From Chloroflexota bacterium (lineage in GTDB: Bacteria; Chloroflexota; Dehalococcoidia; Lucifugimonadales; G022566795), in NCBI GenBank assembly GCA_022566795.1, contig JADFIF010000003.1, positions 1-50,130 on the forward strand: a DNA stretch of 50,130 nt. The letters run 5' to 3'. The notes under the pieces were generated by a model. The model was not told where the DNA came from. It worked only from the letters and a program-made list of their open reading frames with translations, and made no database searches. This document shows, one piece after another, positions 8,329-17,368 of the stretch (the stretch's first letter is position 1; every line of letters starts with the position of its first letter). A program made the translations under genes and the position numbers.

Positions 8329-9522
8329 CTAAACGTAGAGGTCCATGGGAGCCGAAGCTGTTTGCCATTCGGCGCCGTCTTCGGTGATCAGGAACTGGTC
8401 CTCTATCGACACGAAGATGTCGCCGCCGTCGCTGTAGCAGATGGTCGGTTCGAGCGTAACTATCATGTTGGGCTGAAGCACCGTGTGGTCGTTCAGTGCC
8501 AGGTAAGGCGGCTCGTGAACCACCCGTCCAACCCCGTGACCCGTGTAAGGGACCACCGGAGGGTAGCCCGTCTCCTCGTATAAGCCCAGCTCGACCTGAC
8601 GAATGTGTGACGCCCGTACCCCGGGCTTTAGCTCAAGCATCATGCGCTCGACCAGCCCTCTCTCGAGCGCGTGGGCACGCTCCATGTCCGCACTCACGTC
8701 GCCGAAGGCGACTATGCGGGAGAGGTTACAGATGTAGCCCTGATATTTGCCCTGAGCGTCCACTCGAAGGTATTGCCCACGCTTTAGGGGATTCCCGGTG
8801 GAAGGGGGGCTGCCATTGATGAGATTGACGCCGGCGGGTCCGAAGATCACGTACACCCGCTCGTACTCGAGGCCTTCCGCCATGCATTTTTGGATGAACA
8901 GGCGCTGCACATCCGCCTCGGTCATGCCCTCTTCGGCTGCGTGGACCGTCTGTAGCCAGGCGCTACAGGTACGTACACATGCTTCACTAAGACGGCGTAC
9001 CTCTTCCTCGGACTTGATCATTCGGAGGTCCCATAGCACATCCTCGACATCTACCAGCGTTGCCTTGGACAAGAGCTCCTGGAGTCTACGCGCGTACTTG
9101 ACCCCAAGGTAGCGCTCCTCGATGCCGATGGTTGCCTCGGCAAGCCCTTTCTCACGCAACGCGTTAGCCGCGACCTCCATCGGGTCCCCCGGCTCCGGGC
9201 TGGGGTTCAAAGGGTCGTCCCAGGTCTGAATGTAGTAGCCTGGCCCCCAGAACCTGCGGTCCTGAATCCACGGGTCGAGGAAGCTGACGGTCGTCGCCTC
9301 GCTGGCCCCGGCGACGAGGAAGGGCCCCCGAGACTCCTCGGCGGGAAGTCCCACCAGGGTCTTGTGGGTAACCGTCGTATCCCAGAGCAGGTAGTAGTCG
9401 TCGCTGACGGGGTGCCAGTAGTCGGACAGATACCCCACGGCGTGTTTGGAGGACGCCAGAATGACGTCAATGCCCCGCTCCCTCATGAGCGCGGAGGCTC
9501 GTTCGTAGTCGAAGAGCTGCAT
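8329..9522 (-). CDS. M24 family metallopeptidase (Xaa-Pro peptidase / creatinase-like)
   Basis: 397 aa. It has a creatinase-type N domain (RGIDVILASSKHAVGYLS) and a pita-bread C domain (..DAQGKYQGYICNLSR..GHGVGRVVHEPP..VTLEPTI..). Confidence 0.88.
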   Translation of the reverse strand: MQLFDYERASALMRERGIDVILASSKHAVGYLSDYWHPVSDDYYLLWDTTVTHKTLVGLPAEESRGPFLVAGASEATTVSFLDPWIQDRRFWGPGYYIQTWDDPLNPSPEPGDPMEVAANALREKGLAEATIGIEERYLGVKYARRLQELLSKATLVDVEDVLWDLRMIKSEEEVRRLSEACVRTCSAWLQTVHAAEEGMTEADVQRLFIQKCMAEGLEYERVYVIFGPAGVNLINGSPPSTGNPLKRGQYLRVDAQGKYQGYICNLSRIVAFGDVSADMERAHALERGLVERMMLELKPGVRASHIRQVELGLYEETGYPPVVPYTGHGVGRVVHEPPYLALNDHTVLQPNMIVTLEPTICYSDGGDIFVSIEDQFLITEDGAEWQTASAPMDLYV

Positions 9523-9750
9523 TTTGGGTTCCCTCTTTCTCTACGCGGCTAATCTCCGTCGCGGCCCGCTTCGCCTCTGCCGGCGTGCACTTCGAACACC
9601 AGATGGGACCCCGCCCGTCCGTTCCGGGGTCACGTTCGAGGGCGTTCTCCGCGAGGGCTCAATGCGACTGATTCCAGGGCTTTTCCGCCCTTGCTTCAGC
9701 AACCCTGCTCCCCGCGTTCGTGTGGCGCCGCTTGCTGCCACTCTAGTACC

Positions 9751-9896
9751 TAGAAACTATCTCAAAATTCCGTCTGGGGAGTCCAGAGGGGCTGACCCTC
9801 CGGCAAAGGGTCTGGGGGATGTGGCCCCAGTAGCCAAAGACCCTTGGGGCGGGTGGGTGTGAACATGGCATTTGCCTTTTTGAGATAGTTTCTTAA
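9751..9896. repeat. structured intergenic palindromic element (copy 1, bounded by a 16-bp inverted repeat)
   Basis: AGAAACTATCTCAAAA (9752-9767) is the exact reverse complement of 9878-9893. The interior holds nested stems AAGGGTCT(9806-9813)/AGACCCTT(9838-9845) and CTGGGG/CCCCAG. It also carries the GGTCTGGGGG and GGCGGGTGGG cores shared with 9903-10068 and 34225-34320. Confidence 0.7.
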
Positions 9897-9902
9897 TCAG
9901 CG

Positions 9903-10068
9903 AGAAAGCGATACGTACTTTTCCCCACCCACGCGCCCGTGGGGGTTTAGGGTCTGGGGGACACCCCCAGACCCCCGTCAGTCCCGACGAGTTGGGACTT
10001 GGATCCCCCGGGGAGCCCGAAGGGGCTTGTGCCCCCTCGGAGCCTTTTCGAGGGTAGGTGGGCGGGAT
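9903..10068. repeat. structured intergenic palindromic element (copy 2, inverted relative to the 34225-34320 copy, with a ~70-bp internal insertion)
   Basis: The first ~60 nt (AGAAAGCGATACGTACTTTTCCCCACCCACGCGCCCGTGGGGGTTTAGGGTCTGGGGGACA) and the last ~35 nt match the reverse complement of 34225-34320, with only a few substitutions by eye. It contains a perfect hairpin GGGTCTGGGGG-ACA-CCCCCAGACCC (9950-9974). Confidence 0.75.
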
Positions 10069-10218
10069 GTATCAGGACTTATGCAACAAAGCACCAGTCA
10101 TGAACTTGCCGCAATCAGAACTGGACCGATTGAGCACTGACCGTTCTCATGTCCCGCACTATACCATCATGATTCACGGACCGCTGGCCTCTTAGGGGCA
10201 CGAGACGTCAACGGCCTG

Positions 10219-10262
10219 CCTCGCGTCGTCAAGGGGTTACCCTTCGGGTTGACGACGCGAGG
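10219..10262 (-). terminator. stem-loop after the HExxH-protein gene
   Basis: A perfect 14-bp inverted repeat, CCTCGCGTCGTCAA (10219-10232) and TTGACGACGCGAGG (10249-10262), lies 28 nt beyond the stop at 10290. There is no U tract. Confidence 0.4.
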
Positions 10263-10289
10263 TCGCCGCGACGGTAATGGCTGGGAGCC

Positions 10290-11567
10290 CTAGCTATCGC
10301 CCGGTCGCGCCTTAATTTGCTCTAACTCCCTGATGAACTGGCCGTAGTCGGATACTCCAGCAATGCCGGTGATGAAGTCACCGAGATCTGGGACCAGGGT
10401 GTTGTACTCTTGAAGTTCGTCGCCGATCGGACTTATCGAGGCTGCACTCTCCGCGTATGTGCCGTTGAACGCGAAGAACGCCTGGTTCAACTTCCGTATG
10501 AAGAAGCCGTTCTCCACGAACAGTATCCTTCGCTGCTCCATGTAGGCCTCGGCCTCTTCTATCCTGCCCTCGGCCAGGAGCTCATCAACCCTTAGCCGGG
10601 TCTTACGCATTTCCACTCTGAACTCGAATCCCCCGGCCTCCTCGAGAGTGTGATCCATCTCCGGCGAAGCCTCGACATTTGTCGGCGGCGACTGATCGAT
10701 GGTTCCGCCCAATCTCTGGAAGGCACGGTCGCCTATCTCCCTTCCTGCTATGTCCGCCATCGTTTCGTTGAGGATCCGCATGTTGCGGCTCGCGTGCAGA
10801 TTTTGCCCAAGTGGCTTGAAGAAGAAGTAGTGATGCAGCCACTCGTGTGCCGATGTTTGCAATGTCCAACGCAGAGGACGCGCCCTTGGGACCGATGCCG
10901 GGTAGGTTGCCACGCCTCCGATATTCAGTACCAGCGCGGCTAGGTCGACCTTGTCGAGCAGTTTGGCTTCTACCTCGTCCCGCTCGCTGACCTTGATACG
11001 AGAGTCCAGGAGGACTTCGTGGGTTCGGATAATGGCGTCTCGGGGGGACGTGACCAGGAGCTTCGGAAGATCGGTCAATCGAACGTCGACGGGGGGGAAC
11101 ATGAACTCGCCCCAGGAGGCGAAGCCTTCTTCGACGATGACAGCGCTGATGACAGCTTCAAGCGTTTCTTCGACGTCGTTTCGCAGCTCGTTTCGCCGAG
11201 CCGTCAGCTGTTCCAGCTCAGCCTCCAATTTGCCGACATCGGTGGCCGCGTCGCGAGTTGTGCCGGCCACTACTCCCTCAATCTCGGAACTGATCCTGGA
11301 TGCATCTTCTGCGACCCTGAAGAACTCCTCGATTTGGAGGCGTTTGTCCATCTCGGATCGAGAGTTCCACGGGAGCGCCGTCACGAGACGGTGAATCCAT
11401 TTGCGGGGGAAGTTGGCGAGGTGCCAGGCAACCAGGTCGTGCCGATACGCGGCCGCAGCCTCCTCGGCGGGGTTCAAGCCAAGGGAGTCCCTGCCGAAGG
11501 CCGAAAGCGTGAGCAATGCCAGGCCCAACACAGCCCACTTGAGCACCTTGGCCGGTCTCCGTCTCAC
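10290..11567 (-). CDS. membrane-anchored hypothetical protein with HExxH motif (putative zinc metallopeptidase-like)
   Basis: 425 aa. It has an N-terminal hydrophobic anchor (KWAVLGLALLTLSAF) and a coiled-coil-like acidic stretch (KLEAELEQLTARRNELRNDVEETLEAV). The HEWLHH motif is encoded at ~10830-10847, followed by NETMADIAGRE. The GTG start overlaps the stop of the upstream ORF (GTGA). I recognise no named family. Confidence 0.7.
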   Translation of the reverse strand: MRRRPAKVLKWAVLGLALLTLSAFGRDSLGLNPAEEAAAAYRHDLVAWHLANFPRKWIHRLVTALPWNSRSEMDKRLQIEEFFRVAEDASRISSEIEGVVAGTTRDAATDVGKLEAELEQLTARRNELRNDVEETLEAVISAVIVEEGFASWGEFMFPPVDVRLTDLPKLLVTSPRDAIIRTHEVLLDSRIKVSERDEVEAKLLDKVDLAALVLNIGGVATYPASVPRARPLRWTLQTSAHEWLHHYFFFKPLGQNLHASRNMRILNETMADIAGREIGDRAFQRLGGTIDQSPPTNVEASPEMDHTLEEAGGFEFRVEMRKTRLRVDELLAEGRIEEAEAYMEQRRILFVENGFFIRKLNQAFFAFNGTYAESAASISPIGDELQEYNTLVPDLGDFITGIAGVSDYGQFIRELEQIKARPGDS

Positions 11568-11812
11568 GTCGCCGCTATCCCTCTCGCCTTATCAGCTCGC
11601 CAGGGCAAACCACCCGACGCCCAACGCGGAGGGCACAGATAGCTGTCCGTAGTAGCGTCGTAGACGGACCGGTCCTTAAAGAAAGCAACGTTCGGGCATG
11701 ACGGACACGTCGCCTCCACGCGTACCTGCTTCCAGGTTCCGCTGTACGGTACCCCTCCGTTCGCCAGGGTGATCGGTCCCCGCGCTCCCGCCGACTCTTC
11801 CAGCATGGTCAC
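11564..11812 (-). CDS. small hypothetical Cys-containing protein
   Basis: About 80 aa with ..VEATCPSCPNVAFFKDRSVYDATTDSYLCPP.. Codon third positions are G/C-biased like the neighbouring genes. Its stop overlaps the downstream start (GTGA). There is no clear SD. The start is GTG 11812 or ATG 11806. Confidence 0.4.
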   Translation of the reverse strand: MTMLEESAGARGPITLANGGVPYSGTWKQVRVEATCPSCPNVAFFKDRSVYDATTDSYLCPPRWASGGLPWRADKARGIAAT

Positions 11813-11825
11813 CAGCAGGGCTAGT

Positions 11826-12842
11826 TTACGGCGTAAACGCCTCGTTGGCTGCGCTATCGCTGGAGCCGGGCGAAACGCCGCCGGCGACGACGTAGATAAT
11901 GCCGTTCACGACGGCCGAGCCCAGGCCGTGCCGCGCCGTCGGCATCGCCGTCGCGTTCACCCACGAGTCGGTGGCCGGGTCGTACGCCTCGTTTTCGTCG
12001 AACGTACCATCAGGACCCTCGCCGCCGAAGGCATAAACGACACCGTCCAGCGCCGCCGCTGCGAGACCGCTGCGGGTCGTGGGCAAGGGCGCTCTGGCCG
12101 ACCAGGTGTCCGTAGCGGGGTCGTACTCCTCGTTGATGTCCAGGTTGGCTCCGAAGCTGTGCCGAAGACGGCCGCCTATCCCGTAGATCTTGCCTTCGAC
12201 GACGGCCACCGCCAGGTGATCGCGGGCCCGCTTCATAGACGCCAGGGCGCTCCATGTGTCGGTCGCTGGGTCGTAGACCTCCAGGGACCCGACGTTGCGC
12301 TGGCCGAATCCCTTTACTCCCCCAATGGCGTATACCCTGCCATCGAGGGTCGCGGCGGCCAACGCACCGCGTGACGTGGGCATGTCAGCCCGCGCGCTCC
12401 ACGTGTCCAACTGCGGATCGTACTCGAAGAGGCTGTTTGCCGGAGCGAAGCGGTCGTCGAAGCCGCCCAGAATGTACAGCTTTCCGCCGGCACTTGCAGC
12501 CGCGGGGTGGTGCAGGGCCGCCGGCAGCGGGGCCTTTTCGGTCCATGAGTCCGTGTCTGGGTCATACGCCTCGACCCTGGACGTTACTCTTCCGCTGCCT
12601 GTCAGGCCGCCGATCACGTAGACGTTGCCCTCCAGTGCCGCCACCGCGACCTCGCTTCGAGGGGAGGGCAGGGGAGCCAAGCGCCGCCAGTTACCGGCGC
12701 CCCGAGTATCAGCCTCGGTGGACGCCGCTACCCCGGTGGGCGCGGCCGGCGGTGCGGCAGTAGGGCTACCGCAGCCTGCCAACAGCAGTGCCAAGGCCCA
12801 GGCCAGGCCCACGACGGGCGTCTTCGGCGGCTCGGTCAGCAC
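11826..12842 (-). CDS. Kelch-repeat beta-propeller lipoprotein
   Basis: 338 aa. It has a lipobox LLLAGC near the N-terminus and six repeats of the ..G(K/R)(L/I/V)Y(V/I/A)(I/F)GG.. / ..YDP.TD(S/T)W.. pattern. The start codon is GTG. Confidence 0.85.
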   Translation of the reverse strand: MLTEPPKTPVVGLAWALALLLAGCGSPTAAPPAAPTGVAASTEADTRGAGNWRRLAPLPSPRSEVAVAALEGNVYVIGGLTGSGRVTSRVEAYDPDTDSWTEKAPLPAALHHPAAASAGGKLYILGGFDDRFAPANSLFEYDPQLDTWSARADMPTSRGALAAATLDGRVYAIGGVKGFGQRNVGSLEVYDPATDTWSALASMKRARDHLAVAVVEGKIYGIGGRLRHSFGANLDINEEYDPATDTWSARAPLPTTRSGLAAAALDGVVYAFGGEGPDGTFDENEAYDPATDSWVNATAMPTARHGLGSAVVNGIIYVVAGGVSPGSSDSAANEAFTP

Positions 12843-13001
12843 GCTAGCGGTTGCCGCCGTGACTGGGATGGGGGGCTTTTCTGGCGGGTAGGGTCACGTC
12901 GGCCCTCCGAAGAGGCGGATCATTGTTGAGGGGCTAACCGCGGGAGAGCGCGCAGAGATGAATCAGCCGTTGCCCTGTTTCAGCGCTCGCGGCGGTGAAA
13001 C

Positions 13002-14324
13002 CTACGGACGCACAACGCTGCCGTCGGCGCGACGCAGCGCATCCCAAGCACCGCCGTGTTCGTACTCCTTGAAAGGATAACTCGCCGCCAGCTTCTCGTC
13101 GATGTCGATGCCCAGGCCGGGCTTCCCGTTGGGCCACATGTAGCCGTCACGTACCTCCGGACACCCAGGGAACACCTCTTTCGTTCGCTCGGGAAAGATC
13201 GCGTACTCCTGGATCCCGAAATTCCACGCGTTCAGGTCCAGCATCAGGTTCGCCGCGTGCCCCACTGGAGACGTATCCCCAGGGCCGTGCCACGCCGTCC
13301 GCACGCCGAACGCCTCGCACAGCGCCGCGAGCTTCCGCGCCGGCGTCAGCCCTCCGATCTGCGAGATGTGCACGCGCATGAAGTCGATCAGCCGGTCCTT
13401 CACCATCGGGATGATCTCGTGGGGGTTGTTGTACAGCTCGCCCATGGCCAAAGGCGTGCTCGTCTGCTGACGTACCATGCGAAAGTAGTCGTTGTCCTCC
13501 GGCGCGAACAGGTCCTCGAGGAAGAAAAGCTTGAACTGCTCAACATCCTTGGCGAGGCCGAGCCCCAGGATTGGCGGGATGCGCTCGTGGACGTCGTGTA
13601 GTAGCTCGACGTCCCAGCCCAGTCTGCTGCGCAGGTGTTCGAAGAGGCCCAGCGCCGACCGGAGGTAGGGTCTCGGCTCGAAGATGCCTGGTGGGTGGGC
13701 GTACCTCTTGCCACTCTCGTGGACGCCGAGCCTGTGGGTGACCCATCGGGGGCCGGCAGGCGGATCCTGTGTGGGTGTGGTCGAACCGGCGTGCCTTCCG
13801 TAAAGCAGGTCCGCCTCAGTCGCACCGATACCCGTTCCGTAGCCGCTGAACCCCGGCGTATCGACCTGCACGCGGATGTAGTGGAATCCGCCCTCCATGA
13901 AGGCGCGGACCATCTCTTCCACGGCCTGTGGCTCGGCACCGGAGGCGTGCACATACACGGCGGCGGCGTCTCGGGCCTTGCCGCCGAAGAGGTCGTAGAC
14001 CGGCATGGCCGCGATCTTTCCCTTGATGTCCCACAAGGCCTGGTCCACGCCGCTGAGGGCGTTATTGAGCACAGGTCCGTTGCGCCAGTAAGACGAGACG
14101 TAGCTGGACTGCCATATGTCCTCGATGTCAGCGACGTCTCTGCCGAGCAGGAAGGGCCTGAGGTAGTCGTTGACGGCGGCGGCCACGGCGGTCGGCCTCT
14201 GAGTGAAGGTGGCGCACCCGAGGCCGTAGAGTCCCGGCTCGCTGGTCTCTACCTTTACGACCGCCAGCCGGATGTCGTCGGGCTCGGTGAAGATAACCCT
14301 GATGTCTCGGATTGTTATGCTCAT
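13002..14324 (-). CDS. enolase-superfamily dehydratase, D-mannonate dehydratase (ManD/RspA-like) subgroup
   Basis: 440 aa. The N-terminus MSITIRDIRVIFTEP..VVKVETSEPGLYGLGCATFTQRPTAV..YLRPFLLGRDV.DIEDIWQSSYVSSYWRNGPVLNNALSGVDQALWDIKGK..PVYDLFGG is typical of ManD-subgroup enzymes. Confidence 0.85.
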   Translation of the reverse strand: MSITIRDIRVIFTEPDDIRLAVVKVETSEPGLYGLGCATFTQRPTAVAAAVNDYLRPFLLGRDVADIEDIWQSSYVSSYWRNGPVLNNALSGVDQALWDIKGKIAAMPVYDLFGGKARDAAAVYVHASGAEPQAVEEMVRAFMEGGFHYIRVQVDTPGFSGYGTGIGATEADLLYGRHAGSTTPTQDPPAGPRWVTHRLGVHESGKRYAHPPGIFEPRPYLRSALGLFEHLRSRLGWDVELLHDVHERIPPILGLGLAKDVEQFKLFFLEDLFAPEDNDYFRMVRQQTSTPLAMGELYNNPHEIIPMVKDRLIDFMRVHISQIGGLTPARKLAALCEAFGVRTAWHGPGDTSPVGHAANLMLDLNAWNFGIQEYAIFPERTKEVFPGCPEVRDGYMWPNGKPGLGIDIDEKLAASYPFKEYEHGGAWDALRRADGSVVRP

Positions 14325-14530
14325 GGCAGCCTGCAGCTATCTGGTGCTCTAACGATCCTCGGTTGTGGAAGTATAGGGGCTAACCCAGGCTTGTGCAAAA
14401 GGACCCGGAATCGTACTTGAACTATCCGGCCTCCTGGCTAGTTCGAGGTTGGACCGGATGTCCCTCATCCTTGATGACCACGGCGCTGCTACTGTGGCGC
14501 CCCAAGCGGTAGTCCTACTTTGAGACTTGC

Positions 14531-14559
14531 TTGCCCGGAAGTCGCGGTTGCACTATATT
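14531..14559 (+). promoter_or_regulatory. sigma70-like promoter candidate for the Gfo/Idh/MocA gene
   Basis: TTGCCC (14531-14536), a 17-nt spacer, then TATATT (14554-14559), about 37 nt upstream of GTG 14596 in a divergent intergenic region. Consensus match only. Confidence 0.35.
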
Positions 14560-14595
14560 TCCCGATGTAACTCAGACCCGGTCAGGAGTCTAATC

Positions 14596-15603
14596 GTGCC
14601 GATTCGTGTTGCAGCTATCGGGATGACCCACTGGCATTCGCTTTATGACTCCGCGTACCTCCGTCACCTTGCTGACATGCCTGACGTCGATATTGTGGGG
14701 ATCCAGGACGACAATCACGAGATTGCAAGGCATCGGGCCAATGAGGTGGGGGGTGGCATTCCCACATTTACCGATTACAGGCAGATGCTGGGAGACGTTG
14801 AGCCCGACTTTGTGTTGGCGTTGGGACGGCATGACACGATGGCGGATACGGCCCACTACTTGCTGGATAACCAGATCCCGTTCGTGATGGAAAAACCCAT
14901 GAGCTACAGTGCGCGGCAGCTCCGTGGTGTCGTCGACAAAGCGGTCGCCACGAACGGCTTCGCTGCGGTGCCCTTGGGCAGGCGCTACTCCCCCTTCGTA
15001 CAGTGGGCGAAGCGGTTTGTGACGGAGGGCACCTATGGCCCTATGTGCCACTTCTACTCACGTCAGAACCGCCCATCGCCGCTGCGATATGCTGCCTGGG
15101 GCGCTGAGTGGATGCTGAACCCGAAGATTGCGAATGGAGGCTGTCTGCGCAATCTGGGAAACCACGGCCTCGATGCGTTCGTGTATCTCACCGGAGAAGG
15201 GGAGAACATAACGGTCACGGGCGCGCAGCTGAGTTGGAGCACCCATAGCCAGCAAGTAGAGGACTATGCGTCGGTGCTGATCGAGTCAGCATCTGGAGTG
15301 CTGGGTACCGTCGAGGTGGGAAACGCCTTTCCTGGCGACGGCACAGACGGCCAGTGGAAAGTAGCGTTTCGTGACGCCATTCTCATCTCGAACAGAGACG
15401 AGGTCACTCTAGAGACCGCAGACGGCGCCAAGATTCTGCCTCCGCCTGACGGGTCACCCTCCAATGTCTTGCGCCAGACGGTGGAGGCCGCTGCTAGAGG
15501 AGATGAGCCGCCGGTAAGCGTCCGCGACTGTTACCTGGCGGTCCGCCTCATCGATCTGGCATATATCGCCGCGGGCAACCCCTATGGGACGGCCGAAGTG
15601 TAA
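14596..15603 (+). CDS. Gfo/Idh/MocA family oxidoreductase
   Basis: GTG 14596 lies 6 nt after AGGAG (14584-14588). The translation has IRVAAIGMTHWHS..VDIVGIQDDN..PDFVLALGRHD..IPFVMEKP.., a Rossmann N domain followed by an alpha/beta C domain. Confidence 0.75.
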   Translation: MPIRVAAIGMTHWHSLYDSAYLRHLADMPDVDIVGIQDDNHEIARHRANEVGGGIPTFTDYRQMLGDVEPDFVLALGRHDTMADTAHYLLDNQIPFVMEKPMSYSARQLRGVVDKAVATNGFAAVPLGRRYSPFVQWAKRFVTEGTYGPMCHFYSRQNRPSPLRYAAWGAEWMLNPKIANGGCLRNLGNHGLDAFVYLTGEGENITVTGAQLSWSTHSQQVEDYASVLIESASGVLGTVEVGNAFPGDGTDGQWKVAFRDAILISNRDEVTLETADGAKILPPPDGSPSNVLRQTVEAAARGDEPPVSVRDCYLAVRLIDLAYIAAGNPYGTAEV

Positions 15604-15901
15604 CGAGACGAACCTGAGTGGCGGCGAAGACTCTTGGCTTGGCCACCGGACGGCGTCCCGTCGCTCGCCACCTCCCCACGGATCTAGCGACGCTGCCGAC
15701 CAACGAACTGGTGACTGTGGGAAGAGGTGGATGAGCATCAGTCGAACCAGACCGCCCTCACTCGAATCATGTTGGTAGTAGCGCAGGCTTACCTCCAGTC
15801 TGTGCGCAGCCCTTAGAGGAGATCTCACTCAGCGGCGGTTTCCAATCGGCCGGCGTTGCGGTTAGAATAGGCGCCACCCCACCGCGAAGGAGACGACGAG
15901 A

Positions 15902-16561
15902 ATGGCGCAGGTTCACGATATGTGGGTCACGCCCGGCCCCCAACCAAACGGACTTCAGGCGGCCGACGACGGCCTCTGGGTGATCGACCAGACGGACAAC
16001 CATCTCTACAAGCTGAGCTGGGACGACGGCTCGGTGATCGAGGACCTGCCTACGGGAACGGAGCACTCCAGCGGCGTGACCGAGGGGGGCGGCATGCTGT
16101 GGGTCGCCTCGACCTACAGCTGCGAGCTGTTCAAGCTCAATCGGGACGGCACGACGGCGGAACGCTACGACACCCCCGGCAAGGGCGTCGTCGTCTTCGG
16201 CGATCCCAATCGGAGCCGAGTCACGGGCGCCCACGGGATGGAGTGGGTAGACGACGACAACATGTGGGTGGCCGTCCCGCCGGCCCAGAAGGTCTTTCTT
16301 ATGGACCCGGCGACGATGGAGGTCAAGCGCTCGATCCCCACCCCGGGTACCCGGCCCCACGGGCTCTTCATGCGCGAAGGGGAGATGTGGCTGGGCGACA
16401 CTCAGATGGGCAAGATCCACCGGCTGAACCCGGACGACGGTGACGTGCTGGATGAGATCGACGTTCCGGCGCCCGAGGTACACGGCATGACGCTCCACGA
16501 CGACAACATCTGGTTCTGCTGCGCGGTGACCCGCCGGGTGTGTACGGTACCGCTGCCCTAG
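15902..16561 (+). CDS. five-bladed beta-propeller protein (glutaminyl-cyclase-like / Vgb-like fold), function unknown
   Basis: 219 aa. ATG is preceded by AAGGAGA. Five repeats of about 40 aa each contain a ..(L/M)W(V/L/F).. strand: DGLWVID, GMLWVAS, DNMWVAV, GEMWLGD, DNIWFCC. The family assignment is tentative. Confidence 0.65.
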   Translation: MAQVHDMWVTPGPQPNGLQAADDGLWVIDQTDNHLYKLSWDDGSVIEDLPTGTEHSSGVTEGGGMLWVASTYSCELFKLNRDGTTAERYDTPGKGVVVFGDPNRSRVTGAHGMEWVDDDNMWVAVPPAQKVFLMDPATMEVKRSIPTPGTRPHGLFMREGEMWLGDTQMGKIHRLNPDDGDVLDEIDVPAPEVHGMTLHDDNIWFCCAVTRRVCTVPLP

Positions 16562-16570
16562 CGTTGGGGC

Positions 16571-16753
16571 CATGAGAGCCGGCCGCTTCGCCGAGAAACC
16601 CATCGTACGGCCCACAGGCTGGACTCCGATAATGGCGCAGTGCTGGACGAGGTCCATGTGCCCGAGGCCCCGCTTGACGGCCTAACGTCCCACGATGGGA
16701 CGCTGATACTCTGTAGCGACCCGAGTCGGCAGGTCTGCCGCGTGCTCGCCTAG
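16571..16753 (+). pseudogene. truncated, frameshifted tandem duplicate of the 3' end of the 15902..16561 propeller gene
   Basis: The translation AHRLDSDNGAVLDEVHVPEAPLDGLTSHDGTLILCSDPSRQVCRVLA* (frame of 16640, stop 16751-16753) aligns with the parent C-terminus IHRLNPDDGDVLDEIDVPAPEVHGMTLHDDNIWFCCAVTRRVCTVPLP*. An MRAGRFAEKP.. piece in another frame aligns with the parent MREGEMWLGD. Confidence 0.6.
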
Positions 16754-17193
16754 CCTCTGCGCTCGGCGGTTCACGGCTACGTCTACGCCTTCCGCCGCAA
16801 GGCGGGCTACCCGCATTCGCCGGCACCAACATGGCGAAGTGCTCGGGCGGGAGGCCTCACCACAGCTGTGTCGGACCGTTCAGTGTGAGTCTGGACGGAG
16901 CACCGGTTCCCCTCAGACCGTCCAGGTCATGGAGCAGGCCGAGAACAATATATCGCTCAGGCCCCGGCTGCTCCGCGAAGGTCTTATGGACCTCGAGCCT
17001 TGTAACGCTCATGTAACGCGACTGAGGCTTCATGGTATGGATGGCCGATCACTCCTGTGGTGTGGGGTTCGAGGAGTCGAGGGTTGTGCTGAGCTCGATA
17101 GGGGACTTGCGCGGTTACACGTCAGCGGAAATCGATGTAGAGGCCTCCGCGCGAAGCGGGTCAGCGCCGTCTCCCGGGCCCAGCCGGGATGGG

Positions 17194-17292
17194 CTAATCG
17201 AGATACGCTGGCACGGGAGGGGAGGCCAAGGCGTCGTCACCGCGGTACCTGGGGTGAAGTCGAAACGGGCCAGTTCAGTGCCGCGCTATTAG
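17194..17292 (+). pseudogene. possible 5' remnant of a 2-oxoacid:ferredoxin oxidoreductase gamma-subunit gene
   Basis: LIEIRWHGRGGQGVVTA (17194-17244) matches the characteristic N-terminus (M.EIR.HGRGGQG.VTA) of PorG/KorC-type subunits. The frame then degenerates and stops after 16 more codons. Confidence 0.3.
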
Positions 17293-17368
17293 GCAAAAGG
17301 TCACGAGAGGCAGGTGGGGTGCTATCCTCCAGTATCTCCCTCCGGCTCAGCACGCGCCATCAGTGGCG

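Noticed and set aside
15767-16657. Long antisense or off-frame ORFs throughout the window, for example 15767..16657-, 46563..48125-, 26304..27383-, 39676..40494-, 43590..44486+, 44722..45969-, 38894..39679-, 6349..6957- and 34436..35044-.
   Set aside because: Their translations are Arg/Gly/Pro/His-rich and low-complexity. They overlap ORFs with clear family signatures and SD-preceded starts. These are typical shadow ORFs of GC-rich DNA.
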